A stretch of 55,010 nucleotides of DNA from Candidatus Brevefilum sp. GTDB taxonomy: Bacteria > Chloroflexota > Anaerolineae > Anaerolineales > Anaerolineaceae. The DNA lies in contig DAINBD010000001.1 of assembly GCA_036733105.1 (NCBI GenBank), positions 1-55,010 on the forward strand. The letters are read 5' to 3'. Of the stretch, positions 30,257 through 40,070 are shown in pieces. The position numbers and the translations under genes are program-made. The notes beneath the pieces are model-generated. The model did no database searches, was not told the origin of the DNA, and saw only the letters and a list, made by a program, of their open reading frames with translations. How positions within the stretch are numbered: the first letter of the stretch is position 1; every line of letters starts with the position of its first letter.

Positions 30257-32131
30257 TCAGGGCACTTTTACAGCATCAATGATTTCAGCAACCATGTCAA
30301 AACGGTTGAAAGCGGGCATAAAATAAACGCCCTGGAAATCATTGTGCAAGTTTTGCACCAACTCAATGGCGATCCTTATGCCCTCCTTGTAAGCATCTTG
30401 CCCAGCCGTAACCATCCGGTTTTGAATCGACTCTGGAATGTCTATCCCCGGCACCTCGTTGTGCAAGAAGCGCGCGTGCCGATCGGTTACAAGAGGCAGC
30501 ACCCCTACTAATACAGGCTTTTCTAAGGGACCATACCGATCCTCGTAGGCCGTCCGAAAATCACGGGCTTTCTGCAAATCAAACACGGGTTGTGTCAGAA
30601 AAAAGTCAGCCCCTGCACTTAGCTTTTTTCGCAGGACACGCATCTCCTGATCCAGGTTATTGGGACATAAATTTAAAGCTGCCCCAACAAAGAACGATGT
30701 AGGCTGTCCAATTTGACCGCCTGCATGATCGACACCTGTATTGAACCCTTCTTTGATCAGCTTGATCAAACCGGTGGGTACCAGATCATAGGAATCATTG
30801 GCATCCGGGTAATCCCCGATGGCGGTGGGGTCACCCATCACAACAAATACGTTCCGGATTTTCATTGCATGGGCAGCCAAAAGATCTCCCTGGACGCGCA
30901 GCAGGTTTCTGCCCCTTGTGGGGAAGTGCAAGGTTGTCTCAATATCAAATTGGGATTGGATCAGGTTACAAACAGCCCATGGGCTCATCCGCATCCGTGC
31001 CATTGGGCTATCAGCAACATCGATCACATCCGCACCAGCATCTGCCAAAAGTGATGCACCTGCCAGACGCTTATGGATAGAAAGCCCTCGCGGCGGATCC
31101 ATTTCAACAGCGATTACAAATTTACCCGCATCTAATTTTTGAGCCATCTGGGAACGTTCTTCTGCAGGTTCCTGCTCCACCTCATGTGCTGCCTCCACAT
31201 CGGCAAGAACAGTCACCAGGTTCTCAGGAAGTGTATGCGCAATGGCATCGGTAATGACAGCAATGTGTGCGGGAGTCGTGCCGCAGCATCCACCAATCAC
31301 ACTTGCGCCAGCCTGCCAGAAGGAAAGGGCATAATCATGAAAATATTCCGGTCCGGCAGAATACATGATCCGACCACCAACTCTTTCCGGAAAACCGGCA
31401 TTAGGCATCACAGAAAAGCGTCCTTCAGGTACCGCAGCTTTCATCTGGCGTAAAATTCTCAAAAGGTGTGCGGGTCCGCCTGAGCAGTTCACGCCGATTA
31501 CATCCGCACCCATCTCATTGAACCGCTGAGCGACCTCTTCAGGGGAATCACCCAGCAAGGTTCGCCTATCCCGGGTAAAAGTCATCGATGCGATCACCGG
31601 AATTTCTGGGTTCACATATCTGGCCGCCTCGACAGCGGCTCTGACGGCATAGGTATCCACCATGGTTTCAATCAAAATCAGGTCAACGCCAGCATTGATC
31701 AGGGCAGCAATTTGCTCCTTGTAAATCTCAAACGCTTCCTCTGGCTGCAACCGTCCAAAGGGTGCCAATGGAACCCCCAAAGGACCCACATCGCCAGCAA
31801 TTAAAACCTCTGTAAACGAAGCTGAAACCACTTTTTGCGCCAGGTTGACAGCTGCCGCGTTGATCTCATCAACGCGATCATCCAGACCATGACGATCCAG
31901 CTTGGTCCGATTGGCACCAAAGGTGTTGGTCTTGATCAACTGAGCGCCAGCCTGGATATAATCCCGGTGAATTTCAGCGACAACGGCAGGTTGTGTTAGA
32001 TTGAGCTCGTCAAAACAAGCATCGATCGGGATCCCGCGTTCGTGCAGCATCGTTCCCATCGCCCCGTCTGTCACAATCGGTTTATCCGATTCGGTCAATC
32101 TTTTGATGAATTTGTTCTCAATTGCGTTCAT
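30257..32131 (-). CDS. Bifunctional homocysteine S-methyltransferase / methylenetetrahydrofolate reductase (YitJ-like)
   Basis: N-terminal DGAMGT, GVNC and GGCCGT; C-terminal MTHFR domain (VEMDPP, DSPMA, GADFFLTQP, HNEVPG). Confidence 0.93.
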   Translation of the reverse strand: MNAIENKFIKRLTESDKPIVTDGAMGTMLHERGIPIDACFDELNLTQPAVVAEIHRDYIQAGAQLIKTNTFGANRTKLDRHGLDDRVDEINAAAVNLAQKVVSASFTEVLIAGDVGPLGVPLAPFGRLQPEEAFEIYKEQIAALINAGVDLILIETMVDTYAVRAAVEAARYVNPEIPVIASMTFTRDRRTLLGDSPEEVAQRFNEMGADVIGVNCSGGPAHLLRILRQMKAAVPEGRFSVMPNAGFPERVGGRIMYSAGPEYFHDYALSFWQAGASVIGGCCGTTPAHIAVITDAIAHTLPENLVTVLADVEAAHEVEQEPAEERSQMAQKLDAGKFVIAVEMDPPRGLSIHKRLAGASLLADAGADVIDVADSPMARMRMSPWAVCNLIQSQFDIETTLHFPTRGRNLLRVQGDLLAAHAMKIRNVFVVMGDPTAIGDYPDANDSYDLVPTGLIKLIKEGFNTGVDHAGGQIGQPTSFFVGAALNLCPNNLDQEMRVLRKKLSAGADFFLTQPVFDLQKARDFRTAYEDRYGPLEKPVLVGVLPLVTDRHARFLHNEVPGIDIPESIQNRMVTAGQDAYKEGIRIAIELVQNLHNDFQGVYFMPAFNRFDMVAEIIDAVKVP

Positions 32132-32148
32132 AATTGCTCTCTCAGATT

Positions 32149-35100
32149 TTATTCTTTCATAAGCTGTTGAACCCGACTGACACCCACATTGAAATACTTA
32201 GCATCGGGATGATGGACGATAATTGCCGCTGTAGATTGTTCCGGGACGAGCTGGTAAGCCGATGTAAGCCTCATGCCCAGTTCTCTTTCAACAGGCAACA
32301 GTTTAAAAACCTTGAGGTGATCTTCCAGTTCGGGAATAGCCGGGTAACCCCATGAATAACGTTTACCTCGGCCCGGTTCCAGGTTCATTTCTCGCAAGAT
32401 GTGTGCATGGAGGTAATCTGCAGTGGCTTCTGCCATCTGTACCGCCAGACCGTGCAAATAGTAGCCTTCTGCGTAATCCCCTGCCTCCTGCATCTCTTCA
32501 AATCTTTCTGTTGCCTTATGTCCGACTGTGACCACCTGGAATGCAACCACATCAATCTTCCCCGAATCTTTGGATGCAAAATAATCAGCCAGGCAATAGG
32601 CTTCTCCACTATTCTGGCGAGGAAATTCAAAGGTCTCCAATACAACAGGGTTGGAATCGTCCAAGGTCTGCGGATCGTAGACATACAGTGTGTTCTCTTC
32701 CGACTGACACGGCCAATAGCCATAGACAGCCTGGGGCTCAAGCCAGCCTTCCTGCTCAGCAGCTTTTCGCATGCGGATTAGGCGGGTGTCAAATTCAGTC
32801 TTCAACTTCTCCCATTCCTGTCCATGCGTGTTTTTCGCCCCCCAAGACAGGCGATAAAGTTCATTGATCGCGAGGTGCTCACCCACCATCGATAGCGGCA
32901 TTTTCTTAACAACCCTTGGTCCCCAATAAGGCGGCTTGGGAAGGGATTCTAATGGGTTTGTACTTGAACGACCGCGATTTGCAGATTGATCAGTCCCTTT
33001 ATGAAGTTCTCGTCCCAACTCGTAATCAGCCGCATTATGAATCTTCTCCATTAACGCACGCCGTTTATCCGGATTGGTCAGCGCATCCATGGTTGTAAGG
33101 CCTTCAAAGGCGTCCTTGCAGTAAAAAACACCCGGTTCATAATAATGCCCTTGCTCCGTGAGCAAGATGCGCTTCCCAAAACGCGGGTTGATTGCTGCTC
33201 CGCCGATCAATACCGGGAAATCTAATCCCCGCCGATCCAATTCATTGATGATCAGCGGCATTTGCCGACTCGTGCTCACCAAAAGGGCACTCAAGCCAAT
33301 TGCATCCGCATGCTCTTCAACTGCACGGGCAATGATCGTCTCTGCCGGCACCTGCTTACCTAAATCCACCACGCTGTATCCATTGTTTGAAAGAATGGTT
33401 TTCACCAGGTTCTTGCCAATGTCATGGACGTCGCCATACACAGTCGCCAGGACCAGCTTACCTTTTGAGGTTCCTTCCACCTTTTCAAGAAAGTTTTCCA
33501 GGTAACCAACCGCAATTTTCATCACCTCAGCGCTCTGAAGCACAAAGGGCAGGATCAATTCCCCAGCACCGAATTTATCACCCACATCTTTCATCGCAGG
33601 CAGCAAGACATCATTCAGAATAGAAACGGCTGTCTCAGATTTTGGACGGATTGGGTCTCGGTTCAGAATCTCATCGATATCTTCCTCGATATCCGATTTG
33701 TGCCGGTGAAGAATTCGCCAATGCAGACGCTCTTCGGGTGTCATCACCGTCAACACAGCCTCTGCACTTTCCTGATCATCGCCGCTTTCTTCGACGGTGT
33801 CGAAATAAGCAATCAGTTTTGCCAACGCATTTTCATCACGGTTGAAAACCAAATCCTCTGCCAGAATTCGTTCTTCTTCGGGAATTTCCGCGTAAGGTTT
33901 GATCTGGGCAGGGTTGACAATTGCCATATCCAATCCTGCTTCAACCGCATGATAAAGCATCACGCTGTTGAGAACCTTCCGGGCAGGACGTGAGAGACCA
34001 AACGAAACATTGCTCACGCCCAATGAAGTCAGCACACCCGGCAATGCTTGTTTGATCATGCGAATCCCGTTCAGGGTTTCCACGGCTGAATCTCGCAGCT
34101 CGGGATCACCTGTGGCGAGGGTAAAAGTGAGCGCATCATAGACAAGATCCTGAGGCTGCAGACCTACTTCCCCTACTGCCAGATCGTAGATCCGTTGAGC
34201 CACCTGCAGTTTATGATCCGCCGTCTTCGCCATTCCCTGCTCATCAATCGTCAGTACAATCACCGCTGCGTTGAACTGCTTTGCCAGGGAAAAGATCGCC
34301 TTCGCCTTTTCCGGTCCGGATTCCAGGTGGGTAGAGTTGATCAGGCTTCGTCCCGGATTTGTTTTCAAGGCGGTTTCGATCACATCCAGTTCAGTCGAAT
34401 CGATCACCAGTGGGACCGGGACAGCATTGGCTAATTTTTTAACAACTTGCTGCATCAACGCTTCTTCATTCGCCGTTTCTGTCAATGCAACACAAACATC
34501 CAGACCATGCGCGCCGCTGTCCACCTGGGTGCGTGCCATCTCAATGATGGCATCATAATCTTCTGCCATGATCAAGCGCTTAAATTGCCGGGAGCCCTGG
34601 GTATTAAGCCGTTCTCCAATTAAAAATGGCGCTGGTTCCTGCTGCATCGCAACCGCTTGCATAGGCGATGCCAGCATGGGCACAGCTTCAGGGGTTGGCG
34701 GCATCGATCGGTTTCTGTTCAGACCTTCATTGAGTAATTGGATGTGGTCTTCTCGTGTGCCGCAGCAGCCACCAACAACACGCACGCCGTATGCATTGAC
34801 AAACTCGAGCATCAACGCGGCAAAGGGCTCTGGTTTCATCGGGTAAACCGCTTCCCCATCCACATTGAGGGGTAAACCCGCATTTGGGATACAGGAAACG
34901 GGCAGATTGGAATGCTCTGTTAGATACCGAATCGGTTCACGCATATAGTCGGGACCTGTCGAGCAGTTCAGCCCGATCACATCGATCCCCAAGCCCTCCA
35001 AAATAGCCCTGGCGGCTTCGATATCCGTTCCAAGCAGCATGCGCCCTGTTGTATCCAGAGTCACCTGTGCCTGAATCGGCAGAACTTGCCCGGTGGCTTC

Positions 35101-35676
35101 AAATGCTTCATAAATGCCGCGGACAACGGCTTTCACCTCCAGGATATCCTGGGAAGTTTCAATTAACAGCAAGTCCACACCACCCTCGATCAACCCAGTC
35201 GCCTGTTCTTTGAAAATATCCACAAGTTCATCAAAGCTGATAGCGGACATTTCAGGGTCTTCCGATGAGATCAGCTTTCCGCTGGGTCCCATGGAACCAG
35301 CCACAAAGCGCATCTTTTCAGGCGTTGAATACGCATCAGCAACTTTTCGAGCCAGGGCGGCAGCCGCCCGGTTGATCTCCAAAGCGCGGTCACCCAACCC
35401 AAATTCAGCCAAAGTCAGCCGGTTTGAACGAAAAGTATCTGTCTCGATGACGTCGGATCCGGCTTCCAAAAACGACCGATGTACTATTTCAACTGCCTCA
35501 GGTTTTGTGATAACCAGGTAATCGTTGCAACCAGCTGTTCGTTCACCACCAAAATCATCAACTGTGAGCTTCTGACGGTCAAGATTGGTTCCCATTGCGC
35601 CATCAAATAACAAAACCCGTTTATCAAGTGCGTCTAGGTATTTTCTGTTGGTAAACTTTTTTGTCTTATCAACCAT
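32149..35676 (-). CDS. metH: Cobalamin-dependent methionine synthase
   Basis: Homocysteine domain (GGCCG), pterin domain (IGERLN), B12-binding DVHDIGKN and SALL, reactivation domain (RYSWGYP, PEQST). ATG 35676 follows an SD. Confidence 0.96.
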   Translation of the reverse strand: MVDKTKKFTNRKYLDALDKRVLLFDGAMGTNLDRQKLTVDDFGGERTAGCNDYLVITKPEAVEIVHRSFLEAGSDVIETDTFRSNRLTLAEFGLGDRALEINRAAAALARKVADAYSTPEKMRFVAGSMGPSGKLISSEDPEMSAISFDELVDIFKEQATGLIEGGVDLLLIETSQDILEVKAVVRGIYEAFEATGQVLPIQAQVTLDTTGRMLLGTDIEAARAILEGLGIDVIGLNCSTGPDYMREPIRYLTEHSNLPVSCIPNAGLPLNVDGEAVYPMKPEPFAALMLEFVNAYGVRVVGGCCGTREDHIQLLNEGLNRNRSMPPTPEAVPMLASPMQAVAMQQEPAPFLIGERLNTQGSRQFKRLIMAEDYDAIIEMARTQVDSGAHGLDVCVALTETANEEALMQQVVKKLANAVPVPLVIDSTELDVIETALKTNPGRSLINSTHLESGPEKAKAIFSLAKQFNAAVIVLTIDEQGMAKTADHKLQVAQRIYDLAVGEVGLQPQDLVYDALTFTLATGDPELRDSAVETLNGIRMIKQALPGVLTSLGVSNVSFGLSRPARKVLNSVMLYHAVEAGLDMAIVNPAQIKPYAEIPEEERILAEDLVFNRDENALAKLIAYFDTVEESGDDQESAEAVLTVMTPEERLHWRILHRHKSDIEEDIDEILNRDPIRPKSETAVSILNDVLLPAMKDVGDKFGAGELILPFVLQSAEVMKIAVGYLENFLEKVEGTSKGKLVLATVYGDVHDIGKNLVKTILSNNGYSVVDLGKQVPAETIIARAVEEHADAIGLSALLVSTSRQMPLIINELDRRGLDFPVLIGGAAINPRFGKRILLTEQGHYYEPGVFYCKDAFEGLTTMDALTNPDKRRALMEKIHNAADYELGRELHKGTDQSANRGRSSTNPLESLPKPPYWGPRVVKKMPLSMVGEHLAINELYRLSWGAKNTHGQEWEKLKTEFDTRLIRMRKAAEQEGWLEPQAVYGYWPCQSEENTLYVYDPQTLDDSNPVVLETFEFPRQNSGEAYCLADYFASKDSGKIDVVAFQVVTVGHKATERFEEMQEAGDYAEGYYLHGLAVQMAEATADYLHAHILREMNLEPGRGKRYSWGYPAIPELEDHLKVFKLLPVERELGMRLTSAYQLVPEQSTAAIIVHHPDAKYFNVGVSRVQQLMKE

Positions 35677-35719
35677 AACACTTCCTTTTGTGCTCACCCC
35701 TTTTTGCATGCCAGCACTT

Positions 35720-35749
35720 AAAACAATCACCTCTCATTGGTGAGAGGTG
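35720..35749 (-). terminator. Riboswitch expression-platform terminator
   Basis: Minus strand CACCTCTCA-CCAA-TGAGAGGTG followed by ATTGTTTT, between the aptamer and the metH start. Confidence 0.75.
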
Positions 35750-35773
35750 CTGTGCGCCATCAGGTAACATCAC

Positions 35774-35885
35774 CTCATCTTCCAGTTATCCCCAATGATG
35801 GGATCTGCCGGAATTGGCACCTTCGATGATTGATCGTGGTTGCCGAGGTATCATTGGGCCGGTCCCTCCACCTCTCTGGATGAGC
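35774..35885 (-). ncRNA. SAM-I (S-box) riboswitch aptamer
   Basis: Minus strand CTCATCCAGAGAGGTGGAGGGACCGGCCCAATGATACCTCGGCAACC...GGTGCCAATTCC..CAG...CTGGAAGATGAG matches the S-box consensus, with P1 CTCATC/GATGAG; upstream of metH. Confidence 0.96.
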
Positions 35886-35900
35886 TTTTCAATGAGACAA

Positions 35901-35929
35901 ATCTTATCATATTTGATGTCCAAAGTCAA
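35901..35929 (-). promoter_or_regulatory. Promoter of the SAM riboswitch-metH leader
   Basis: TTGACT, 17-nt spacer, TAAGAT with a TG extension. Confidence 0.65.
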
Positions 35930-36009
35930 TTTAACTTTCTTCAGCACAGCCAATAACAACCTTGAAAAGGATGTCCACTTTTTCTTGAATTTGACCGGAA
36001 CCTAATTTC

Positions 36010-36849
36010 TTAAAAGCTATCCTGCTTGAGGACTTCCAGAACACCGCTTGCTGTTCCAAAGCCAGGATTATCAGGAATTGTAAATTCCCGATCATAGAAT
36101 TCTCCCACCAGGTAAATTTCTTTTCGGATGGATTCAAGATCTACCAGGTGCCCAACGATGATGATATCATCCAGGTTTTTTGAGTTTGCCGCATTGATCG
36201 CGATCACCGCAATGACCTGTGCAACCAGGCGGACCAAGCCAGCGGCTAAATTTTCACGTGAAAAGCCGTTTTCCCGATCCAGTTTTCCAAGGTTGACCGC
36301 ATTTGCTTTCGCCGGCAGCCGCCCAACCTGCCCGCCAACCGCCTCACTGAGCATGATATCAACCGCAGAGGCATCACCCGCCAACGCCAGCTGATCGATC
36401 TCCGCCACATCGTCAGTGCCAAGGATCAATTTGGATAATCCCAATAGTGTTCCGCCCCCCACGGCAGAACCGGTGACATGAGCGACCTCACTTTCATCTG
36501 CCGAAACCATGGCAGCACCTGTTCCAGCACTTACCACCAACCCGGAATCAAGCAGACTCAATGCCAAACCACCAAGACCCAAGGCACGCATTTCATCCAC
36601 TTTTCTGATCCTAAAGCCATCTACTGTTTCCGGTAAGTCACGGTACCGTCCGCCTGTCACACCGATCATGGTATCAAAATCCAATTGATGCGATACTTCA
36701 AACAGCGCTTGCCGCAGTTGATCCACCACCCCCTCGTGCCGATTAGCCAGCATGATCATTTTCTTTTCCCCATCGATCTCGAGGACAATATCAATATTAG
36801 TCATCCCCATGTCTACGGCAAGATAATGTTCATTCATCGGCTGCTCCAT
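36010..36849 (-). CDS. Type II (Fumble/CoaW-like) pantothenate kinase
   Basis: ASKHA motifs DMGMT, VTGG, DEMRA...GG, VSAGTG, GSAVGGGTLLGL and NLGK. Confidence 0.8.
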   Translation of the reverse strand: MEQPMNEHYLAVDMGMTNIDIVLEIDGEKKMIMLANRHEGVVDQLRQALFEVSHQLDFDTMIGVTGGRYRDLPETVDGFRIRKVDEMRALGLGGLALSLLDSGLVVSAGTGAAMVSADESEVAHVTGSAVGGGTLLGLSKLILGTDDVAEIDQLALAGDASAVDIMLSEAVGGQVGRLPAKANAVNLGKLDRENGFSRENLAAGLVRLVAQVIAVIAINAANSKNLDDIIIVGHLVDLESIRKEIYLVGEFYDREFTIPDNPGFGTASGVLEVLKQDSF

Positions 36850-36980
36850 TTCAAATAATCCTGAAGATTGATTTTACCGCAAGAATAGTTTTCTGAACCG
36901 ATCCGCTTTTCCCTTCCAATGAAAAGCATTGCCACGAGCTTCAATAAATGCGTTACAATAATTTGTTAGAGGAAATCATT

Positions 36981-37385
36981 ATGAAATCAGGTTTGTTTAA
37001 GTTTCTCGGGACTTTTTTACCCTTATCCCTGGTCCTCACCGTGATCGGTTGGGGTGGGCTTTATCTCGTCATTCGGGGTATGCTCCCAACCCTTGGACCC
37101 CGCTGGCTGTTCTTTTTCCTGGGAGTTCTGGCGCTCACTGGTCCTGCGATTCCAATTATTTACTTCCTTAACCAGCGCTTCCCCAGCAACCCGCCCGTAG
37201 AGGGTATGGTCATCTTACGCCAGTCTTTATGGGTAGGGGTCCTTGGCAGCACAGTTGCCTGGCTGCAGTTAGGCCGGGTGCTGACAGGCGGGTTAGCTCT
37301 GATCCTTGCTGGGGCTTTTGTAATGATCGAATTCTTACTGCGCCTGTTCGAACGCAGCCATTGGAATCCTAACAAGGATAAATAG
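36981..37385 (+). CDS. Four-TM membrane protein of unknown function
   Basis: Four hydrophobic segments; SD GAGG before ATG 36981; first gene of the selA run. Confidence 0.75.
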   Translation: MKSGLFKFLGTFLPLSLVLTVIGWGGLYLVIRGMLPTLGPRWLFFFLGVLALTGPAIPIIYFLNQRFPSNPPVEGMVILRQSLWVGVLGSTVAWLQLGRVLTGGLALILAGAFVMIEFLLRLFERSHWNPNKDK

Positions 37386-37412
37386 AACAAATTAACAGGA
37401 TATCCGATAAAT

Positions 37413-38780
37413 ATGCCTGACTTGAGCCAATTACCATCCATAGATCAACTGATGCATGCCCCAAAGATCGAGGCTGCTATTGAAACTTATGGGCGAAGTC
37501 TAACTCAGAAGGCTTTACGTTTTGTTCTGGAACACATCCGAAGTGCAGCGCTCACAAACGGGGAGGGCATCCCGGGGGAAGAGGAAATCGTTCAACGCCT
37601 AAAAATCCAGTTGGATTCTTGGTTGACACCCACCTTATTGCCCGTGATCAATGCCACCGGTGTCATTTTGCACACCAATCTTGGTCGATCTCCCCTCAGC
37701 AAAGAAACCCAGCAAGCAATGATCGAAGCCGTAAATGGATATTCCAACCTGGAATTTGACCTGGAAACCGGAAAGCGCGGCAAACGGTCCGTGCATGCCA
37801 GCCGTCTACTTTCCCTGCTGACCGATACCGAGGTCGGCTTTGTGGTCAACAACAATGCCGGCGCCGTTCTGCTTGTGCTTTCAGCCCTGGCTGCTGGCAA
37901 AAATGTGCTGGTTTCTCGCACCCAACTGGTCGAGATTGGCGGCGGCTTTCGCATCCCCGATGTGATGCGCCAATCAGGTGCAAACCTGGTTGAAATTGGG
38001 ACGACAAACCGCGTCCACCTCTATGATTTTGAGAACGCTATCAAAGCCAATGAGATCGAATTGGTCTTGATCGCACATCACTCAAATTTCAGGCTGATCG
38101 GATTTCACAGCGAACCAGATCTGAAGGAAATTGTGGCGATCGCTCATCAATACCATATCCCTGTTGTCCATGATCTCGGATCAGGTGCATTCCTTGACAC
38201 AGCTGAATTCGGTCTGGCACATGAACCCACCGTCCAAGAATCCGTTGCAGCCGGCTGTGATCTGATCTGCTTCTCTGGCGATAAACTCCTGGGCGGACCA
38301 CAGGCAGGGGTCGTTATCGGCAAAGAGACCCTCGTAAAGCCCGTCCGGGTTCACCCACTTGCTCGAGCCTTACGGCCCGATAAACTGACACTGGCTGGTC
38401 TGACGGCGACGCTAATGCATTACCTGAAGGGCGAAGCTTTGGCAAAAGTCCCCATCTGGCAGATGATCTCTCGACCGATCCAATCCATTAATGACACCGC
38501 CGAAAATTGGCGCTCTCATCTTGGTATGGGTGAAGTCATTGAAGGCTTTTCAACAGTTGGGGGCGGGAGCCTCCCCACAGAAGAAATGGCGACATTTCTC
38601 CTTGCGCTCGACCCCCAAAAACCGGATGACTTCCTTCGCTCACTCCGGGAGGTTCGTCCGCCGATTATCGCCCGAATTGAGAATGATCGGGTCCTGTTTG
38701 ACCCACGAACCGTATTGATTGAACAGGAATCAGCGTTTCTTACGAGCCTTTTGCAGGTCGTAAAGCACTACCCTTTGTAA
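37413..38780 (+). CDS. selA: L-seryl-tRNA(Sec) selenium transferase
   Basis: INATGVILHTNLGR, YSNLE, VNNNA, EIGGGFR, DLGSG, FSGDKLLGGPQAG (PLP lysine) and GGGSLP. Confidence 0.96.
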   Translation: MPDLSQLPSIDQLMHAPKIEAAIETYGRSLTQKALRFVLEHIRSAALTNGEGIPGEEEIVQRLKIQLDSWLTPTLLPVINATGVILHTNLGRSPLSKETQQAMIEAVNGYSNLEFDLETGKRGKRSVHASRLLSLLTDTEVGFVVNNNAGAVLLVLSALAAGKNVLVSRTQLVEIGGGFRIPDVMRQSGANLVEIGTTNRVHLYDFENAIKANEIELVLIAHHSNFRLIGFHSEPDLKEIVAIAHQYHIPVVHDLGSGAFLDTAEFGLAHEPTVQESVAAGCDLICFSGDKLLGGPQAGVVIGKETLVKPVRVHPLARALRPDKLTLAGLTATLMHYLKGEALAKVPIWQMISRPIQSINDTAENWRSHLGMGEVIEGFSTVGGGSLPTEEMATFLLALDPQKPDDFLRSLREVRPPIIARIENDRVLFDPRTVLIEQESAFLTSLLQVVKHYPL

Positions 38781-38827
38781 ATCTATTTTTTTGTCTGGAC
38801 ACACTATTTGAATTAAGGCAGCCGCTT

Positions 38828-40063
38828 ATGAAATCTGAAATCGACCAACTCCTCAAAGACCAGCACGCTGAAGCTTTATGGATCACTGGGCCAGCCCAGC
38901 ACAACCCCTCCATGGTTTATCTGACCGGCGGCGGGCACATGACCCAGGCAGATGTGATCAAACAGGTCGGGCAGGAAACCGTATTGTGCCATGCCCCCAT
39001 GGAGCGTGATGAGGCTGCCCGGACTGGGATGCGCACCATCAATTACAGCCGATTTCCGCTCAAAGACCGGCTTGCGCTTGCAAATGGAGATCGGTTAACA
39101 GCTAATGCAATGCTCTATCAGAAAATCTTTGAGGAAATCGGGTTGACATCCGGCAAAGTCCTCCTTTACGGGCGCACGGATGCTGGTAAACATCATTCCA
39201 TCGTAAAGCGTTTGCAAGAGCTTATGCCCGGATTGACCTTTGAAGGTGACCTGGAAGACGCCGTCTTGCTCCAGGCGATGGCTACCAAGGGGCAAGATGA
39301 GATTGAGCGCATTCGCAAGATGGGAGATGTCGTCATAAATGTGGTTACCCGTGTGGCTGATTTCCTGAGAGGACACAAGGTCATCAACGAGGTGTTAATA
39401 AAACCCAACGGTGCGCCGCTTCTGATCGGTGATGTCAAGAACCTGATCAACCTATGGCTCTCAGAACTGGGCGCTGAAAACCCCGAGGATACGATCTTTG
39501 CAATAGGCAAGGATGCCGGTGTTCCTCACAGCGGCGGTACCCCATCTGATCCGATCACCCTGGGAAGAACGATCGTCTTCGACATCTTCCCATGTGAAAA
39601 GGGCGGCGGTTATTTTTATGATTTTACGCGCACCTGGTGCCTGGGGTATGCCCCCAGCGAGGTTCAAAAGCTTTATGACCAGGTCAAATCCGTCTATGAG
39701 CAAGTTGTTCTGTCATTGGAAGCAAACCACAATGCTGGTGAGTTCCAGGATCGCACCTGTGACCTGTTTGAAGCAATGGGACATAAAACTATCCGTCAGG
39801 ACCCATCCGTTGAGTCCGGTTATGTCCACTCTCTTGGCCATGGCGTCGGATTGAACATCCACGAAAAACCCTGGTTTGGCAGAAAAGATGACACCTCAAA
39901 CGCGCTGGTACCCGGATCCGTTTTCACAATCGAACCCGGTCTGTATTATCCCGATCAAGGAATGGGCGTGCGTTTGGAAGATACGTATTTTGTGACGGAT
40001 GAGGGAAAATTTGAGAAATTTGTCGATTATCCCATGGAATTGGTCCTGGAAATGAAAGGGTGA
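38828..40063 (+). CDS. Xaa-Pro aminopeptidase (M24 family)
   Basis: DFTRT, HSLGHGVG, HE.P, TIEPGLY and GVRLED. Confidence 0.9.
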   Translation: MKSEIDQLLKDQHAEALWITGPAQHNPSMVYLTGGGHMTQADVIKQVGQETVLCHAPMERDEAARTGMRTINYSRFPLKDRLALANGDRLTANAMLYQKIFEEIGLTSGKVLLYGRTDAGKHHSIVKRLQELMPGLTFEGDLEDAVLLQAMATKGQDEIERIRKMGDVVINVVTRVADFLRGHKVINEVLIKPNGAPLLIGDVKNLINLWLSELGAENPEDTIFAIGKDAGVPHSGGTPSDPITLGRTIVFDIFPCEKGGGYFYDFTRTWCLGYAPSEVQKLYDQVKSVYEQVVLSLEANHNAGEFQDRTCDLFEAMGHKTIRQDPSVESGYVHSLGHGVGLNIHEKPWFGRKDDTSNALVPGSVFTIEPGLYYPDQGMGVRLEDTYFVTDEGKFEKFVDYPMELVLEMKG

Positions 40064-40070
40064 AATAATT

